Below are positions 48,854 through 58,409 of a stretch of DNA of 64,000 nt, one piece after another (positions within the stretch are counted from its first letter, which is position 1; every line of letters starts with the position of its first letter). The stretch lies in the IMG/VR virus record IMGVR_UViG_3300045988_132833. One strand, given 5' to 3'. The translations under genes were made by a program, and so were the position numbers. The stretch is from a virus. A model generated the notes under the pieces. That model was not told the origin of the DNA. It did no database searches and saw only the letters and a program-made list of their open reading frames with translations.

Positions 48854-49177
48854 TTATAACACCTTCATATACAAGTCCTTTGGATAATTAGGAAAAACTG
48901 CTAATGTAACTGGACATAGCCAAATCTCCCCGCTAAAGTTAGGAGTATTTACTCCATAAGTAGCTCCAAATTCATCCTCAGAAACTCTATTGAGATGAAT
49001 ATAATCCTTTATAGGGTCTGTTGATACTTCTATAGAGATTCTAGTGTTTCCATTACAGAGGGAATCTAGAAGTAAATCTGCACCTGCTACCATTTGCAGA
49101 TCAGACACATCTCCTTCCCAAGGAATATCTACAAACCAACGTTCAGATAATTTAACGAAAGATAATATTTTCTTCAT
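48854..49177 (-). CDS. Hypothetical protein (start trimmed to MKKIL to avoid overlap with the tRNA)
   Basis: The N-terminal 29 codons of the ORF-track entry 48854..49264 overlap tRNA-Cys; the internal Met is the likely start. Confidence 0.35.
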   Translation of the reverse strand: MKKILSFVKLSERWFVDIPWEGDVSDLQMVAGADLLLDSLCNGNTRISIEVSTDPIKDYIHLNRVSEDEFGATYGVNTPNFSGEIWLCPVTLAVFPNYPKDLYMKVL

Positions 49178-49199
49178 AACAATTCTACTTAATAAGTAG

Positions 49200-49270
49200 A
49201 GGGCAGTGAGGGAGTCGAACCCTCTTACACGGTTTTGCGGACCGTGACCTAACCGTTCGGACAACCACCC
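49200..49270 (-). tRNA. tRNA-Cys (anticodon GCA), probable
   Basis: Acceptor GGGTGGT/ACTGCCC (two G-U pairs), anticodon arm ACGGT-CCGCAAA-ACCGT, T-arm GAGGG-TTCGACT-CCCTC; the D-arm is irregular. Confidence 0.45.
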
Positions 49271-49470
49271 TTAAAACAGAATACCTTTTAGAAATTAATC
49301 ACAATAATTCTTGATAAAATTGCTGTTAGTATTCTTATTCAAACAAAATGGATTCAAAACAAAAACGGAATGCTACTAGAAATGTTCAAGATTAAAAGTC
49401 TTGTATTATAGTCTAAGTTTGCTGTGTGCATTCCTATAACAATCTTCTAAATATTTTTTTTTTAGACAAT

Positions 49471-49600
49471 TAGAGTTACCCAGAGTACGCCACGTGGAGG
49501 CTTGTCTATGTACTCCTGGAGATGAGGGGAGTCGAACCCCTGTCTTACATATTTGCATCAAAGCATTCTTACAGCATAGGTTTTAAAGACTATCCTTGTC
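49471..49600 (-). pseudogene. Degenerate tRNA-like element plus a duplicated 3'-flank motif
   Basis: T-arm AGGGG-TTCGACT-CCCCT is present but no 5' acceptor partner or anticodon arm folds. The 49471-49520 segment (ATTAGAGTTACCC[AG][AG]AGTA..CCACG.GGAGG) repeats at 51231-51282, where it flanks an intact tRNA-Pro. Confidence 0.35.
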
Positions 49601-49885
49601 TTTTAGGGTTGACAGGATTGATATACTGTTAACTTCCACCACTCTGTTCCTGAAGTGTACAGAGAACTTATAGAATTGTCAATGGCGCACCTTTCTGTTC
49701 CTAAGCAAGTGCTGCTCGGCTTATTAGGCAGCAGCCTGATAAGCAGGAGTCATATTAATAACTCTAGCATTTATTGTTTTGTTGTCTTTCCAACTGTCTT
49801 TGCTGTGCTTCTTATCTCCTATGCAATCAAAACCAAACATCCCCATAGTAAGCAGTTTCAGGTCATGCTTAGGACTTTCTTTCAC

Positions 49886-50407
49886 TTATACCATTTCTTT
49901 TAATAGTCCAGTATAGTTTGGATGACTAGCATATCCAATTCGATTTAGAAAGGCGTAATAACTACCTCCACTATATCTATTAGATATACATTTCTTATAA
50001 TCCTCTACACATTCTGTCCAATGGGAATATCGTCTATAACGATTCCCCTTCTTAAGTCCAAAGATATTCTGATGAGTACGAACTAAGTCGGACTTAAAAT
50101 TACCTGTCTCAAGCTTGGCTTGAGCAAGTACAATATTTGCGTGAGGTATATTGTTCTTAATAAGCTCAGACCTTAAATTAGTCTCATTAAGAACTTTTGG
50201 TTTAGCAACTGGTTTCACCTGAGCAACTTTAACATTTTTGTCCTTAGATGTAACCTTTGCTGAATCCTTTACCATTTCAATACGGATAGTATTTTCAGAT
50301 GGTTTAGGAGAACTTTTTGGCACTGAAATTATGGTGATTAAAGCGCCAAGGATTAAACCTATCATTAGGTAAAATCCATTTTGATAAATCTGTTGTTTCA
50401 TAATCAT
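49886..50407 (-). CDS. Membrane-anchored glucosaminidase-family peptidoglycan hydrolase (endolysin candidate)
   Basis: N-terminal TM MIGLILGALITIISV; AQAKLETGNFKS...NIFGLK resembles the glucosaminidase motif A..A.LE.GWG.S...N.FGIK. Confidence 0.55.
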   Translation of the reverse strand: MIMKQQIYQNGFYLMIGLILGALITIISVPKSSPKPSENTIRIEMVKDSAKVTSKDKNVKVAQVKPVAKPKVLNETNLRSELIKNNIPHANIVLAQAKLETGNFKSDLVRTHQNIFGLKKGNRYRRYSHWTECVEDYKKCISNRYSGGSYYAFLNRIGYASHPNYTGLLKEMV

Positions 50408-50461
50408 AGTTTTTAATTAATAAATACTAATCTAAAACAGGAATCTATTCTTTCATGGCTG

Positions 50462-50520
50462 CTGCTCTAAACCAGCTGAGCTACCTTTGAGGATTGGATT
50501 CGAACCAATGACTTGCGGCT
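50462..50520 (-). other. Juxtaposed tRNA fragments (a 3' half followed directly by a 5' half)
   Basis: Minus sense: ...ATTGG-TTCGAAT-CCAAT-CCTCAAAG then GGTAGCTCAGCTGGTTTAGAGCAGC (canonical acceptor/D-arm start) with no matching partner halves nearby. Confidence 0.3.
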
Positions 50521-51274
50521 TTTACAAGAATACATTTGCTGTTAGATTCCTTCTTATAATTTATTCTGGTAAATTACCATATTCCCATTTATATTTAAAG
50601 GCAGTTTTAGCCTTGTGCTTGCAGCAATTTGTAATTTTACTCGTTGCTGTTCTATTTTTTGCTAATCCATGCTCTACCAACCAATCCATTGCGTCCTAAA
50701 TGCTCTGGAATGTCTAGATGTAATTCCCAGCAAGATCATACTAAAGAACAACTTTAGAATCTCCCTTCCTTATTTTAATGGAATTTGTTTTTGCTACTTT
50801 ATATACAATATCAGAACAACATCCAACTTTATTACAAACCTGAGCAGAACTATACCCCAATTTAAGGAGATCAACTATTTCACGATAATCATAGAGTATC
50901 TTTCCATCTCCACCACAGGTAGCATTGTATCCTCCAGAGCCAAAGGTTTGCAACTCCTTGATCCAAAAGATCTCTCTTTGCGAGAGGACATCCTAAGATA
51001 TTCCATCTTCTAGTATGTCTAGTCGAAAGTTTTCTATCCCATACTTATTCATTGCATCATAAAGAGGTCGCTTATTACATCTTTTCTTCTAGCTATCTAC
51101 ACAGTGTTCCTTGAATCTTTCCTCAGGATTTTTAGTAGTTTTTCCTATATACCTTTTGTTATTTAATAAGTTTGTAATGCAATAAATATATCCCATATTA
51201 CTTTTTTTTTTCTTTATTATAAGCTATTAGAGTTACCCGAAGTATACCACGCGGAGGTTGCTTACACATACTTC

Positions 51275-51362
51275 TCTAGGTGACAGGACTCGAACCTGCA
51301 TCCGCTTATTAAGCCTCCACCTGATCCCAAATCAGGGCTCTAGCCAATTAGAGTACACCTAG
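51275..51362 (-). tRNA. tRNA-Pro (anticodon TGG) with a long variable arm
   Basis: Acceptor CTAGGTG/CACCTAG, D-arm CTCT-AATTGGCT-AGAG, anticodon arm CCTGA-TTTGGGA-TCAGG, about 20-nt variable region containing a GCTT-AAT-AAGC hairpin, T-arm GCAGG-TTCGAGT-CCTGT. Confidence 0.5.
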
Positions 51363-51474
51363 ATAAACAGAAGACTTGTTTGTACTTACTTGATCCCTAA
51401 TCGAGTGTATGAAATACTTGCTGTTAGTCTTCTTACTTATTAACAATAAAAACAAAAAAGAGTATCCAGTCGAG

Positions 51475-51517
51475 GTGCATGAGGATTCGAACCTCTACTT
51501 CCTACTGAGGAATGCAC
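51475..51517 (-). ncRNA. tRNA-like minihelix (acceptor stem plus T-arm only)
   Basis: GTGCAT-[16 nt]-GAGG-TTCGAAT-CCTC-ATGCAC. Confidence 0.4.
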
Positions 51518-51592
51518 CTTAAACAGAGAACTTAAAAAGAATCATAAAATAACCATTAGCAATATTGCTGAAGTTCTCTTATGATAGCTAGT

Positions 51593-53038
51593 TTACTGCA
51601 CGTTATAGTTATCTAAGCTATCGTCGAAGTAACTTTCAGTCATTGCAATGAACTGTTTAGTACGCTTCTCGTCTACATTGAGACATTCCTTGAGTGCCTC
51701 AACAAGTCTCTTCTCAGGAGTTTGGGACATATCCTTCTTCTGAGAAAGCTTAACCTGGTGCAGATAAGACTTAACAGAGTTAAGAATATACTCTGCCTTT
51801 ACGACACACTCATCAGTGAGCACCATCATAGATTTAACCTTCTCGATAATTTCTGCCATGAATGCAGGAGCGATGTTGTTCTCTTCGATGAACTTACAAA
51901 CATCTGTAAGATCATCCTCAATCTGATAACAACCAATCTCGAAAGATTTACGAATAAACTCTTCTGCTGTAGCAGCATCCAGAGTACCCATAGAGATGAT
52001 GGTACCAACTCGCTTACCTCTTAAGAAGGTAGGCTCAATTAGTTCAATATGATTAGTAGTGAAAAGGGTAATGACATTCATATCCTTAGTATCACCACCA
52101 TCCAATGTGTTAAGGATATCCTGCATAGCAGAATCACGATTGCCTCGTGTTACCTGATCAATATCCTCAACAAAGATTACAACGCCATGTCCAGATTGAT
52201 CGATGATCTTAGACATGCGAAGAGATTCTGCCAAGAGTTTTGGATCCTTCAGATAAATAAACATCCAATTGTTCTTGACAGCCTGACGAGCAAGTTTGAA
52301 GGCAAGAAGAGTTTTACCAGTTCCATAGCCTCCTTCTAACAATGCTCCAAACTTCAATGGAATACCTTTCTCAATACATTTTTCTGGATTGAGAATACGA
52401 GCATTGATTGGACGAAGGGCGTACTCAGTTTCCTTACTAACAACCATCAACTGGTCGTCAATGTTACGTAAGTCGAGAATTTCCGGATTGTTAATGTTAG
52501 AAATCTCCAGAGCTTGACCCTTATAAATCGAATTAGTCTTCAAATTCGTCTTAGTCTGCTCAATAATGTCATCCATTAAAGATGAAAAACGGAACTGAAG
52601 TCTTCCAGTAATTACCAGTTCATGTGTCTCAGAACGATAATTAATGTTAATTGAGGAATCCTCTCCAAGACCATCGAGCTGAATATCTCCGTAAGGAGCC
52701 TTAACTCTAGTTCCGTCAGCGAGAGTAATGTCTACAGTTTGAACACTTTTCTCACCTGATGGACTGCCACTTTCCTTAGAAACAACAGATCCAAACACCT
52801 GAGAAATAGCCTGATTGAGCTGATAGATACCATCGTTGCGGAAACACTGAATGCGATAGTTGATTTTTGCCATCTTCTTAGACTGGGCAATCTCACTCTC
52901 AATGTAGTCAAGGCAATCAGCGTAAGTTGTATCTGGTAACTGCATTACCTCTATGAACTTACTCTTCATAGCCTCTTCATAGTTGTTTACCTTCTGCTCA
53001 AGAACAGAACTCTTGCTTTTTCTTGCAATTTGATTCAT
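51593..53038 (-). CDS. AAA+ family ATPase
   Basis: Walker A GGYGTGKT and Walker B IFVEDID; 481 aa; A11 leader upstream of the ATG. Confidence 0.6.
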   Translation of the reverse strand: MNQIARKSKSSVLEQKVNNYEEAMKSKFIEVMQLPDTTYADCLDYIESEIAQSKKMAKINYRIQCFRNDGIYQLNQAISQVFGSVVSKESGSPSGEKSVQTVDITLADGTRVKAPYGDIQLDGLGEDSSININYRSETHELVITGRLQFRFSSLMDDIIEQTKTNLKTNSIYKGQALEISNINNPEILDLRNIDDQLMVVSKETEYALRPINARILNPEKCIEKGIPLKFGALLEGGYGTGKTLLAFKLARQAVKNNWMFIYLKDPKLLAESLRMSKIIDQSGHGVVIFVEDIDQVTRGNRDSAMQDILNTLDGGDTKDMNVITLFTTNHIELIEPTFLRGKRVGTIISMGTLDAATAEEFIRKSFEIGCYQIEDDLTDVCKFIEENNIAPAFMAEIIEKVKSMMVLTDECVVKAEYILNSVKSYLHQVKLSQKKDMSQTPEKRLVEALKECLNVDEKRTKQFIAMTESYFDDSLDNYNVQ

Positions 53039-53053
53039 CTGGTTTTTTTTTTG

Positions 53054-53398
53054 TTACACTTTTAATTTATTAACTCTGCGCCTAATATCTAGGCAGTTTT
53101 CCATAGTAGTTGTTAAACATCCGAGATGGACAATTCCATTGTCCTTAGTGATTGTAAGATTCTTTTCTGGAATTTCTCCTTTGTCTTCCCCATTTCTAAT
53201 GATACGCTCTATTATAGGGAACTTAACAGCAGTATTCTTACAAAAAATCACATCCTTCTCAGAAATGTAAATAACTTCATTGCCATTTATTTCACCTACT
53301 TTGTGTTTTGGCATACAATTAAACCTGCAATAATTAAGATAATGATTAACAAGATTATTGGTCCATAGAATGGAAGGGTAACCCACCACCAAGACCAA
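53054..53398 (-). CDS. Hypothetical protein
   Basis: 114 aa ORF. Confidence 0.35.
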   Translation of the reverse strand: MVLVVGYPSILWTNNLVNHYLNYCRFNCMPKHKVGEINGNEVIYISEKDVIFCKNTAVKFPIIERIIRNGEDKGEIPEKNLTITKDNGIVHLGCLTTTMENCLDIRRRVNKLKV

Positions 53399-53487
53399 TC
53401 AATTACGCCAACTAGCTTTAATACTACGAAGGCAACACCCAATAGTCCAAGAATACTTGGACCTTTATAAATTACTTGCTTTTCCAT
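53296..53487 (-). CDS. Small two-TM membrane protein (holin-like)
   Basis: 63 aa with two hydrophobic helices and a charged C-terminus. Confidence 0.3.
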   Translation of the reverse strand: MEKQVIYKGPSILGLLGVAFVVLKLVGVIDWSWWWVTLPFYGPIILLIIILIIAGLIVCQNTK

Positions 53488-53509
53488 ATTGACACCTTTA
53501 GAATGTTAG

Positions 53510-53582
53510 AGCCCTCTGCCGGACTCGAACCGACAACTTCCTGTTTACAAGACAGGCACTCTACCATTAAAGTTAAGAGGGC
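53510..53582 (-). tRNA. tRNA-Thr (anticodon TGT)
   Basis: Acceptor GCCCTCT/AGAGGGC, D-arm ACTT-TAATGGTA-GAGT, anticodon arm CCTGT-CTTGTAA-ACAGG, T-arm GTCGG-TTCGAGT-CCGGC; 73 nt. Confidence 0.7.
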
Positions 53583-53649
53583 ATTTTCGGAGGGCTCCCA
53601 GTCAGTTGAGCCCTCCTACTTTTTGGTGAAAAGAGTTACGTACCTATTC

Positions 53650-55392
53650 TCACGAACCAGTACGAACTGTATGCTTTTTACGTTTACGCTTAGTTATACT
53701 AAGCTTCACGATTCTTACTCTGTTAAGTAACTCCTGATCCATTGCTGTTAAGAATAACTCTTCAGCATTCTTAGGAGCTTTAAGTTCAGGTCTATTTCCT
53801 CCTAAAATAAATGACACAGCACTTGGGTCATAGCCAGACATATAGAAGAAATTAGGAGCATCTGCAAAGTCTTCAAACTTTACCTTGTTATCATCGCCAT
53901 ACCATCCATTAGGAATATCCCAAAGGATAATCTTAAAGGAATTGACGTATTCCTCACTAAATCTAGCCTCACGAAGTCTTCTAATTGCAAGTTGGAAATT
54001 TGTGGATTTGTTAGTACCACATCTATTAAACTCTCCATCACTTACGCAAAGGATTCCACTTGGAAAATCCTTTTCCTCAACTCCTTCTGATTTTAACCTT
54101 ATAAAGAGATCTATTACAGATTGGAAATTAGTACTTCCGTAAGCCTCACAATGATCGTTGATGTACTTATCAACTGGAGTTGCTCCAGCCCATTTATGGA
54201 GTTTGCAACCATCAGAGAACTCTGCAAATGTGCCGGCGAAGCATCCCTCTAAGAACTCAGAGAAATACAATGCCATAGATTTAGCAATGCAGAATGAAGA
54301 CACCTTGCATCCTCTGGCGGTTGCTTCCATTGAGCCTGAGGTATCTCGTACTACAAGTAGTGACGACTTAGCATCTACATTCTCTTTGCCTGTCTTTACA
54401 AGTTGTGCAAATTGAGCATTGATTGTCTTCTCCTTGTAATCCTCTATGTGTCGATAGTTTCCATCGAAAGGAGCAAATAGCTCGAACACATATCCTGTGA
54501 ACTTAGCTACAGGCTTAGAGGAAATCCAATCAATATACTTCTTAGTAAGATTGTGGTTTTCCAAGAAGTTAGAACCAACCAAGAGAGCTAAAGCTCTACC
54601 TGCAATGTGGTCAAAGTTAAGTGAGTTATACAGCTGCTGAGAAATAAGTTGTTGCCATTCATGAGCAACACCTTCAGACTTAATCTTTCGATAAGCCTTA
54701 TAAGCTGATTCTTTTTCCAACTTAGGAGAGAATTTTCTAGCTAACCATCTACCTATAAGAGTGTCTGCTTGAGACTCAAGCGTTGTACAGTTCTTATTAG
54801 TTCTAATAGTTGGCAGATACTTACGCACCAGGTGAGTTGTATCAGGATTGTTAAGTCCTGCGGACAAAGTCAGATATAGGAAATTCCAATCTAACTTTCT
54901 CTCTTCCCAGCCATGATATTGTAGGTCTAAAGAGAGCATTTGAATAACATCCTTCCATGAGCCTGCTGCAATGAAAAGAGGAAGATTTACTTTAAATGTT
55001 GCAGGTTGATTAATTGCCAACCACAGCATTCTCATAATACCTTCATTCTTCAAGCCCTGTCCGCGCTGAACTTCTAGTTCTTCACTCTTGTCTTTAGTAA
55101 CAATTTTAGACTTACGTGTAATGAGTCTGAAATAGAGCGCAAGTTTTACACAGAGAGTAGGATTTGAATCCCATAGAGTTTGCATATCCTTTGCTACTTC
55201 CTCATAAGAGCGAGGCTCTTTGAAATATGAAGCAGCAGCAAAGTTATCAACAAAATCGTTTCCAGTTGTGGAATACTTCTTTGCTCCATTGCCCGACTCA
55301 GTTTCAGAAGACACTTTCAGTGCTTGCTTTACGAACTGATTCTCGGCAGGTTTAATGTCGAGAAGTGAATTTACCTTCTTTTGAAATTCCAT
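53650..55392 (-). CDS. TROVE/vWA two-domain protein (Ro60/Rsr-like candidate)
   Basis: About 580 aa. The C-terminal vWA has a MIDAS VRDTSGSM motif after a ~360 aa helical N-terminal region, the same architecture as Ro60. Start trimmed to MEFQKK, which is preceded by an A12 leader. Confidence 0.35.
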   Translation of the reverse strand: MEFQKKVNSLLDIKPAENQFVKQALKVSSETESGNGAKKYSTTGNDFVDNFAAASYFKEPRSYEEVAKDMQTLWDSNPTLCVKLALYFRLITRKSKIVTKDKSEELEVQRGQGLKNEGIMRMLWLAINQPATFKVNLPLFIAAGSWKDVIQMLSLDLQYHGWEERKLDWNFLYLTLSAGLNNPDTTHLVRKYLPTIRTNKNCTTLESQADTLIGRWLARKFSPKLEKESAYKAYRKIKSEGVAHEWQQLISQQLYNSLNFDHIAGRALALLVGSNFLENHNLTKKYIDWISSKPVAKFTGYVFELFAPFDGNYRHIEDYKEKTINAQFAQLVKTGKENVDAKSSLLVVRDTSGSMEATARGCKVSSFCIAKSMALYFSEFLEGCFAGTFAEFSDGCKLHKWAGATPVDKYINDHCEAYGSTNFQSVIDLFIRLKSEGVEEKDFPSGILCVSDGEFNRCGTNKSTNFQLAIRRLREARFSEEYVNSFKIILWDIPNGWYGDDNKVKFEDFADAPNFFYMSGYDPSAVSFILGGNRPELKAPKNAEELFLTAMDQELLNRVRIVKLSITKRKRKKHTVRTGS

Positions 55393-55414
55393 GCTTTTTT
55401 TTTTTACATGATTA

Positions 55415-55762
55415 TTAAAAATTTTTATAACTCCCATCCGAGAATATTACCTTACTAAGAGTTTGCCTCATAGGTCGAATATAATTCTTCGGAGGATAAT
55501 AAGTAATTATTTTGGATGTGCCTGATTCTATATAGGTTTTCACCACAGCCTCCTTGTAACGATTAACATCATACTTAGAGGTATATCCATATTCTACTGT
55601 AAATACTAAACATACAATATCTTTCCATGTGTTATTAAGTATTTCTGTCTTTATATATGGAGTATTATTAGAATCATAGCATCCTTTTGCTCTCAATACC
55701 TTTTGAGAGACTGCACTAGTACTTATAAGTACAAGTAGCAAAGCACATAAAATTTTCTTCAT
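55415..55762 (-). CDS. Secreted protein (start trimmed to MKKILCALLLVLISTSAVSQ)
   Basis: The signal peptide begins at an internal Met; the longer ORF-track N-terminus overlaps tRNA-Leu. Confidence 0.45.
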   Translation of the reverse strand: MKKILCALLLVLISTSAVSQKVLRAKGCYDSNNTPYIKTEILNNTWKDIVCLVFTVEYGYTSKYDVNRYKEAVVKTYIESGTSKIITYYPPKNYIRPMRQTLSKVIFSDGSYKNF

Positions 55763-55779
55763 ATTAGTTACTTTTAAAG

Positions 55780-55860
55780 TCGGAGTAGTGGGACTCGAAC
55801 CCACACGCATTACTGCATATGCTCCTAAGGCATACGTGTCTACCATTCCACCATACTCCG
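55780..55860 (-). tRNA. tRNA-Leu (anticodon TAG)
   Basis: Acceptor CGGAGTA/TACTCCG, anticodon arm TATGC-CTTAGGA-GCATA, variable arm GCA-GTAA-TGC, T-arm GTGGG-TTCGAGT-CCCAC. Confidence 0.6.
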
Positions 55861-55867
55861 AAACCTT

Positions 55868-56086
55868 TTACATAGAATAAGCTTCTTCCAATTCCTTAGA
55901 CCAAGCTTGATAAACACTAATAAATGGTTTATGCATCATATTATGCTTTTTGGCATAATCGAGCAAATACTTTAGTTCTTGTAAATCCATAGTTAATATA
56001 ATTAATGTTTGTAGCTCTAGCGAGAGTCGAACTCGCACGCCCATTCCTGGACAACAGATTTTCCTACCACACTTGCTTTTATACAA
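55868..56086 (-). CDS. Small protein, paralog of 59028..59300
   Basis: C-terminal YAKKHNMMHKPFISVYQAW versus YAKDNNLMDKPFVEVYNLY in the paralog. Confidence 0.4.
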   Translation of the reverse strand: MYKSKCGRKICCPGMGVRVRLSLELQTLIILTMDLQELKYLLDYAKKHNMMHKPFISVYQAWSKELEEAYSM

Positions 56087-56100
56087 GCTAACTTAAATAA
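56020..56100 (-). tRNA. tRNA-like element (T-arm GCGAG-TTCGACT-CTCGC); remainder not foldable by eye
   Basis: A perfect T-arm and 3' acceptor TAGAGCT, but no clean 5' partner or anticodon arm was identified. Confidence 0.25.
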
Positions 56101-56135
56101 AGGGGCTCGAACCCTTAATCCTCAAGAAATATTTA
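56094..56135 (-). ncRNA. tRNA-like minihelix (acceptor stem plus T-arm only)
   Basis: TTAAATA-[11 nt]-AAGGG-TTCGAGC-CCCTT-TATTTAA; the AT-only stem could be chance, but the architecture matches the other three minihelices. Confidence 0.3.
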
Positions 56136-56673
56136 ACGACGACTTTAGAGGCGCTTCCGTCAATCTGCTGCCGTATACCAATTCCGCCATATTTAAGTTA
56201 TTGTGGTCTGGACTATTTTACTACCATATTAGAAATCTTGCAAGTAAGTATATAAGGTTTAATCTAACCTCTAATAGCAGTCTGCTCCCCTTATTTCTGC
56301 GAATCTTGCCAGTTTAATTTTAAATATACAATTCCTAACTTAGGTATCTCCTATATAGTCTCTACGCCATTTATAAACAAAATAAGAGTCTACAATATGC
56401 CTATTGTCTTCGCCACTCCACCGATACATTAAGAGGTATGTCTGTTGCCCCTCACTCTTATTTTGTTTAATTTAGTTCGCCGTCACCAAAACTTACGTCA
56501 CCATAAGTGAGGCTTCCGTGCAAGTTAATTAGATTTCTGAATACTGCTTCTATAATCATTACTCTGCTTCTTACACAGACGCTAACCTTTTTACGATTAG
56601 TAATAACTTGTTTAATTAGGGAGATTCTACTTCTGAACTTTCGTATCAGAGCACTCAAATTTTAAGACTACTT

Positions 56674-57192
56674 CTATAGAAGTTCCTTTCTTCTGCAAAA
56701 ATTATCAGTCTGACTATGACAATTAGGACATAACATTCTCAGATTTTCTATTCTATTATCCGATCTGTCTCCATTTATATGATGAAGTTGTATAGTAATT
56801 GGTTTTCCTCTCCATTCAGTTATACCACATTCTTCACATTTATTTTCTTTTAGTCCTAAATTAATAACTTTTGTTCTAACCTTTGCAGATTTCAAGGTTT
56901 TGTCTTCTGATAGTTTGGAAGCATATTTATCTCTATATACTGGATTTTTATTGTTTGTATTCCATCTTTGTCCAGTAAAATGAGAATAATCTACTTCAAA
57001 CTCATCCATTTTCTTTCTGACTGTTTTTGGATTTGAACCTTCTGGTTTTAATCCTAATTTTCTGCATAATTCTGCAAAAGAATAACAATCCTTAACTTTT
57101 TCTTCCAATAATTCTTTGGTATAATTTACTTTTCTCATATTATATAATTTGTTATTGTATTGTTTACAAATATACAAAAAGTTATACTTCAA
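56674..57192 (-). CDS. HNH homing endonuclease
   Basis: CEECG...HHINGDRSDNRIENLRMLCPNCHSQTDN; ends at a TAG followed 4 codons later by an in-frame TAA. Confidence 0.7.
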   Translation of the reverse strand: MKYNFLYICKQYNNKLYNMRKVNYTKELLEEKVKDCYSFAELCRKLGLKPEGSNPKTVRKKMDEFEVDYSHFTGQRWNTNNKNPVYRDKYASKLSEDKTLKSAKVRTKVINLGLKENKCEECGITEWRGKPITIQLHHINGDRSDNRIENLRMLCPNCHSQTDNFCRRKELL

Positions 57193-57360
57193 AATTATTG
57201 GTAGACAAAATTAAAAAATGATATTTTTGTCTACCTTAAAGTCTGTCGGGTCTACCATTCCCCCATAGAGCCATCCTTTCTTAAAGAAGTTTGTATATCA
57301 TAATTATTATTTTCAAAATAGTCCTGTACGATTTGAGCATTGTTAAGAGGCTTGACAGGA

Positions 57361-57450
57361 AATTAGTTAGTGTATAGAGAATCGAACTCTATTTGTGACC
57401 ATCACACCACAGCAGCAGGAGTATTCTCCAATTGAGAATATCCTAGAATT
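57361..57450 (-). tRNA. tRNA-like element (T-arm TAGAG-TTCGATT-CTCTA plus an upstream 7-bp hairpin TATTCTC-AATTG-GAGAATA)
   Basis: Canonical T-loop and a D-loop-like AATTGG, but acceptor pairing was not found by eye. Confidence 0.25.
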
Positions 57451-57755
57451 GATCTATTAATCTTTGTACTTAATGTAAGGAATTGTGCAACTTGGAGTCC
57501 AAGCATATGTCTTGGCTGCCAAATTCAAGTACCATTTAATTGCTCTCTTAAGTGTCTTCATCATCATAATTAATTTTTAGTAAATAATTAGTTAATCTTA
57601 GGCATAATAAGGATTCAGATATCCTTTCTCATACAATTCTGAGTACTTTCTAAAGTACCAACTTACGGCTTTCTTTACAAATTTAAACATAATAATTTAA
57701 TTTTAAAAGTTAAACAATGTTAAGTAGAAGCCACAAACGGCTTCTACTCGTTTTG

Positions 57756-58190
57756 TTATTTAAACTCTGGAATATCAGAGCGATCGTCATAATATCCCTC
57801 ATCTCCTACTAAAGGAGCAAGACATCCATGCATATAAGGAACCATATCTGGATGAACCTTATAGCATTCAAATAACCTCCAGCTCATTCCAAGGCTATTT
57901 CCACTATGACCTTCGTCAAAGAAAGGAACGTTACTTTTGATGTCATCTATAAAGTCATACACATCGTTATTGTGTTTGTCCTTTATAGTTTTGGTTATTT
58001 CCTCGAATGACTTATCCTTAAAGTATTCACTAAATGAGAGGGCTTGTGCAATACATCCCATTTCATACTGATACAAATCATCCTCCTCAAAAGAATGACC
58101 TGCACCTTTGCTAAACAGACGATTGAATCTCTCAATCCTGTCTTGGAACTCTTTTGGAAGTTGTTCCTTTGTTAAATTCTTATAATCCAT
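57756..58190 (-). CDS. Hypothetical protein
   Basis: 144 aa ORF. Confidence 0.4.
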   Translation of the reverse strand: MDYKNLTKEQLPKEFQDRIERFNRLFSKGAGHSFEEDDLYQYEMGCIAQALSFSEYFKDKSFEEITKTIKDKHNNDVYDFIDDIKSNVPFFDEGHSGNSLGMSWRLFECYKVHPDMVPYMHGCLAPLVGDEGYYDDRSDIPEFK

Positions 58191-58209
58191 AATTATGCAA
58201 GTTTAATTG

Positions 58210-58282
58210 TTCGGGGTGTGGGAGTTGAACCCACTGTTTTCTGCTTATGAGACAGACGTGTAAGCCGTTTCACTCACCCCGG
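58210..58282 (-). tRNA. tRNA with CAT anticodon (Met or Ile2-type)
   Basis: Acceptor CCGGGGT/ACCCCGA with a C1-A72 mismatch, anticodon arm TCTGT-CTCATAA-GCAGA, T-arm GTGGG-TTCAACT-CCCAC. Confidence 0.6.
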
Positions 58283-58409
58283 ATGTTAAAAAGGTATCAG
58301 GCGATTAGATAGACTCACGCAACGACTACATTCCTTACGAATAGTTCGCTATCTTTACGATTGGAGGGCATTGTCTAAATTAACCTTGTTTGCAGTTTCT
58401 ATACCTTAG

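Noticed and set aside
48854-49264. Long N-terminus of the ORF 48854..49264 (MSERLGHGPQNRVRGFDSLTALYLLSRIV...)
   Set aside because: The first ~29 codons are the reverse-strand translation of tRNA-Cys (49200..49270). The true start is most likely the internal MKKIL.
53588-53630. Hairpin GGAGGGCTC...GAGCCCTCC followed by TTTTT (a plus-sense terminator shape)
   Set aside because: The stem is strong, but the T-run is only on the plus strand, where no credible genes exist in this window. In minus sense it is preceded, not followed, by the U-run. It is kept only as a note; it could terminate rare antisense transcription.
56467-56658. 63-aa ORF downstream of the HNH gene
   Set aside because: It lies in a region with multiple mixed stops when read in the gene orientation and has no leader or start context. 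It is probably non-coding sequence between the HNH gene and the tRNA-like elements.
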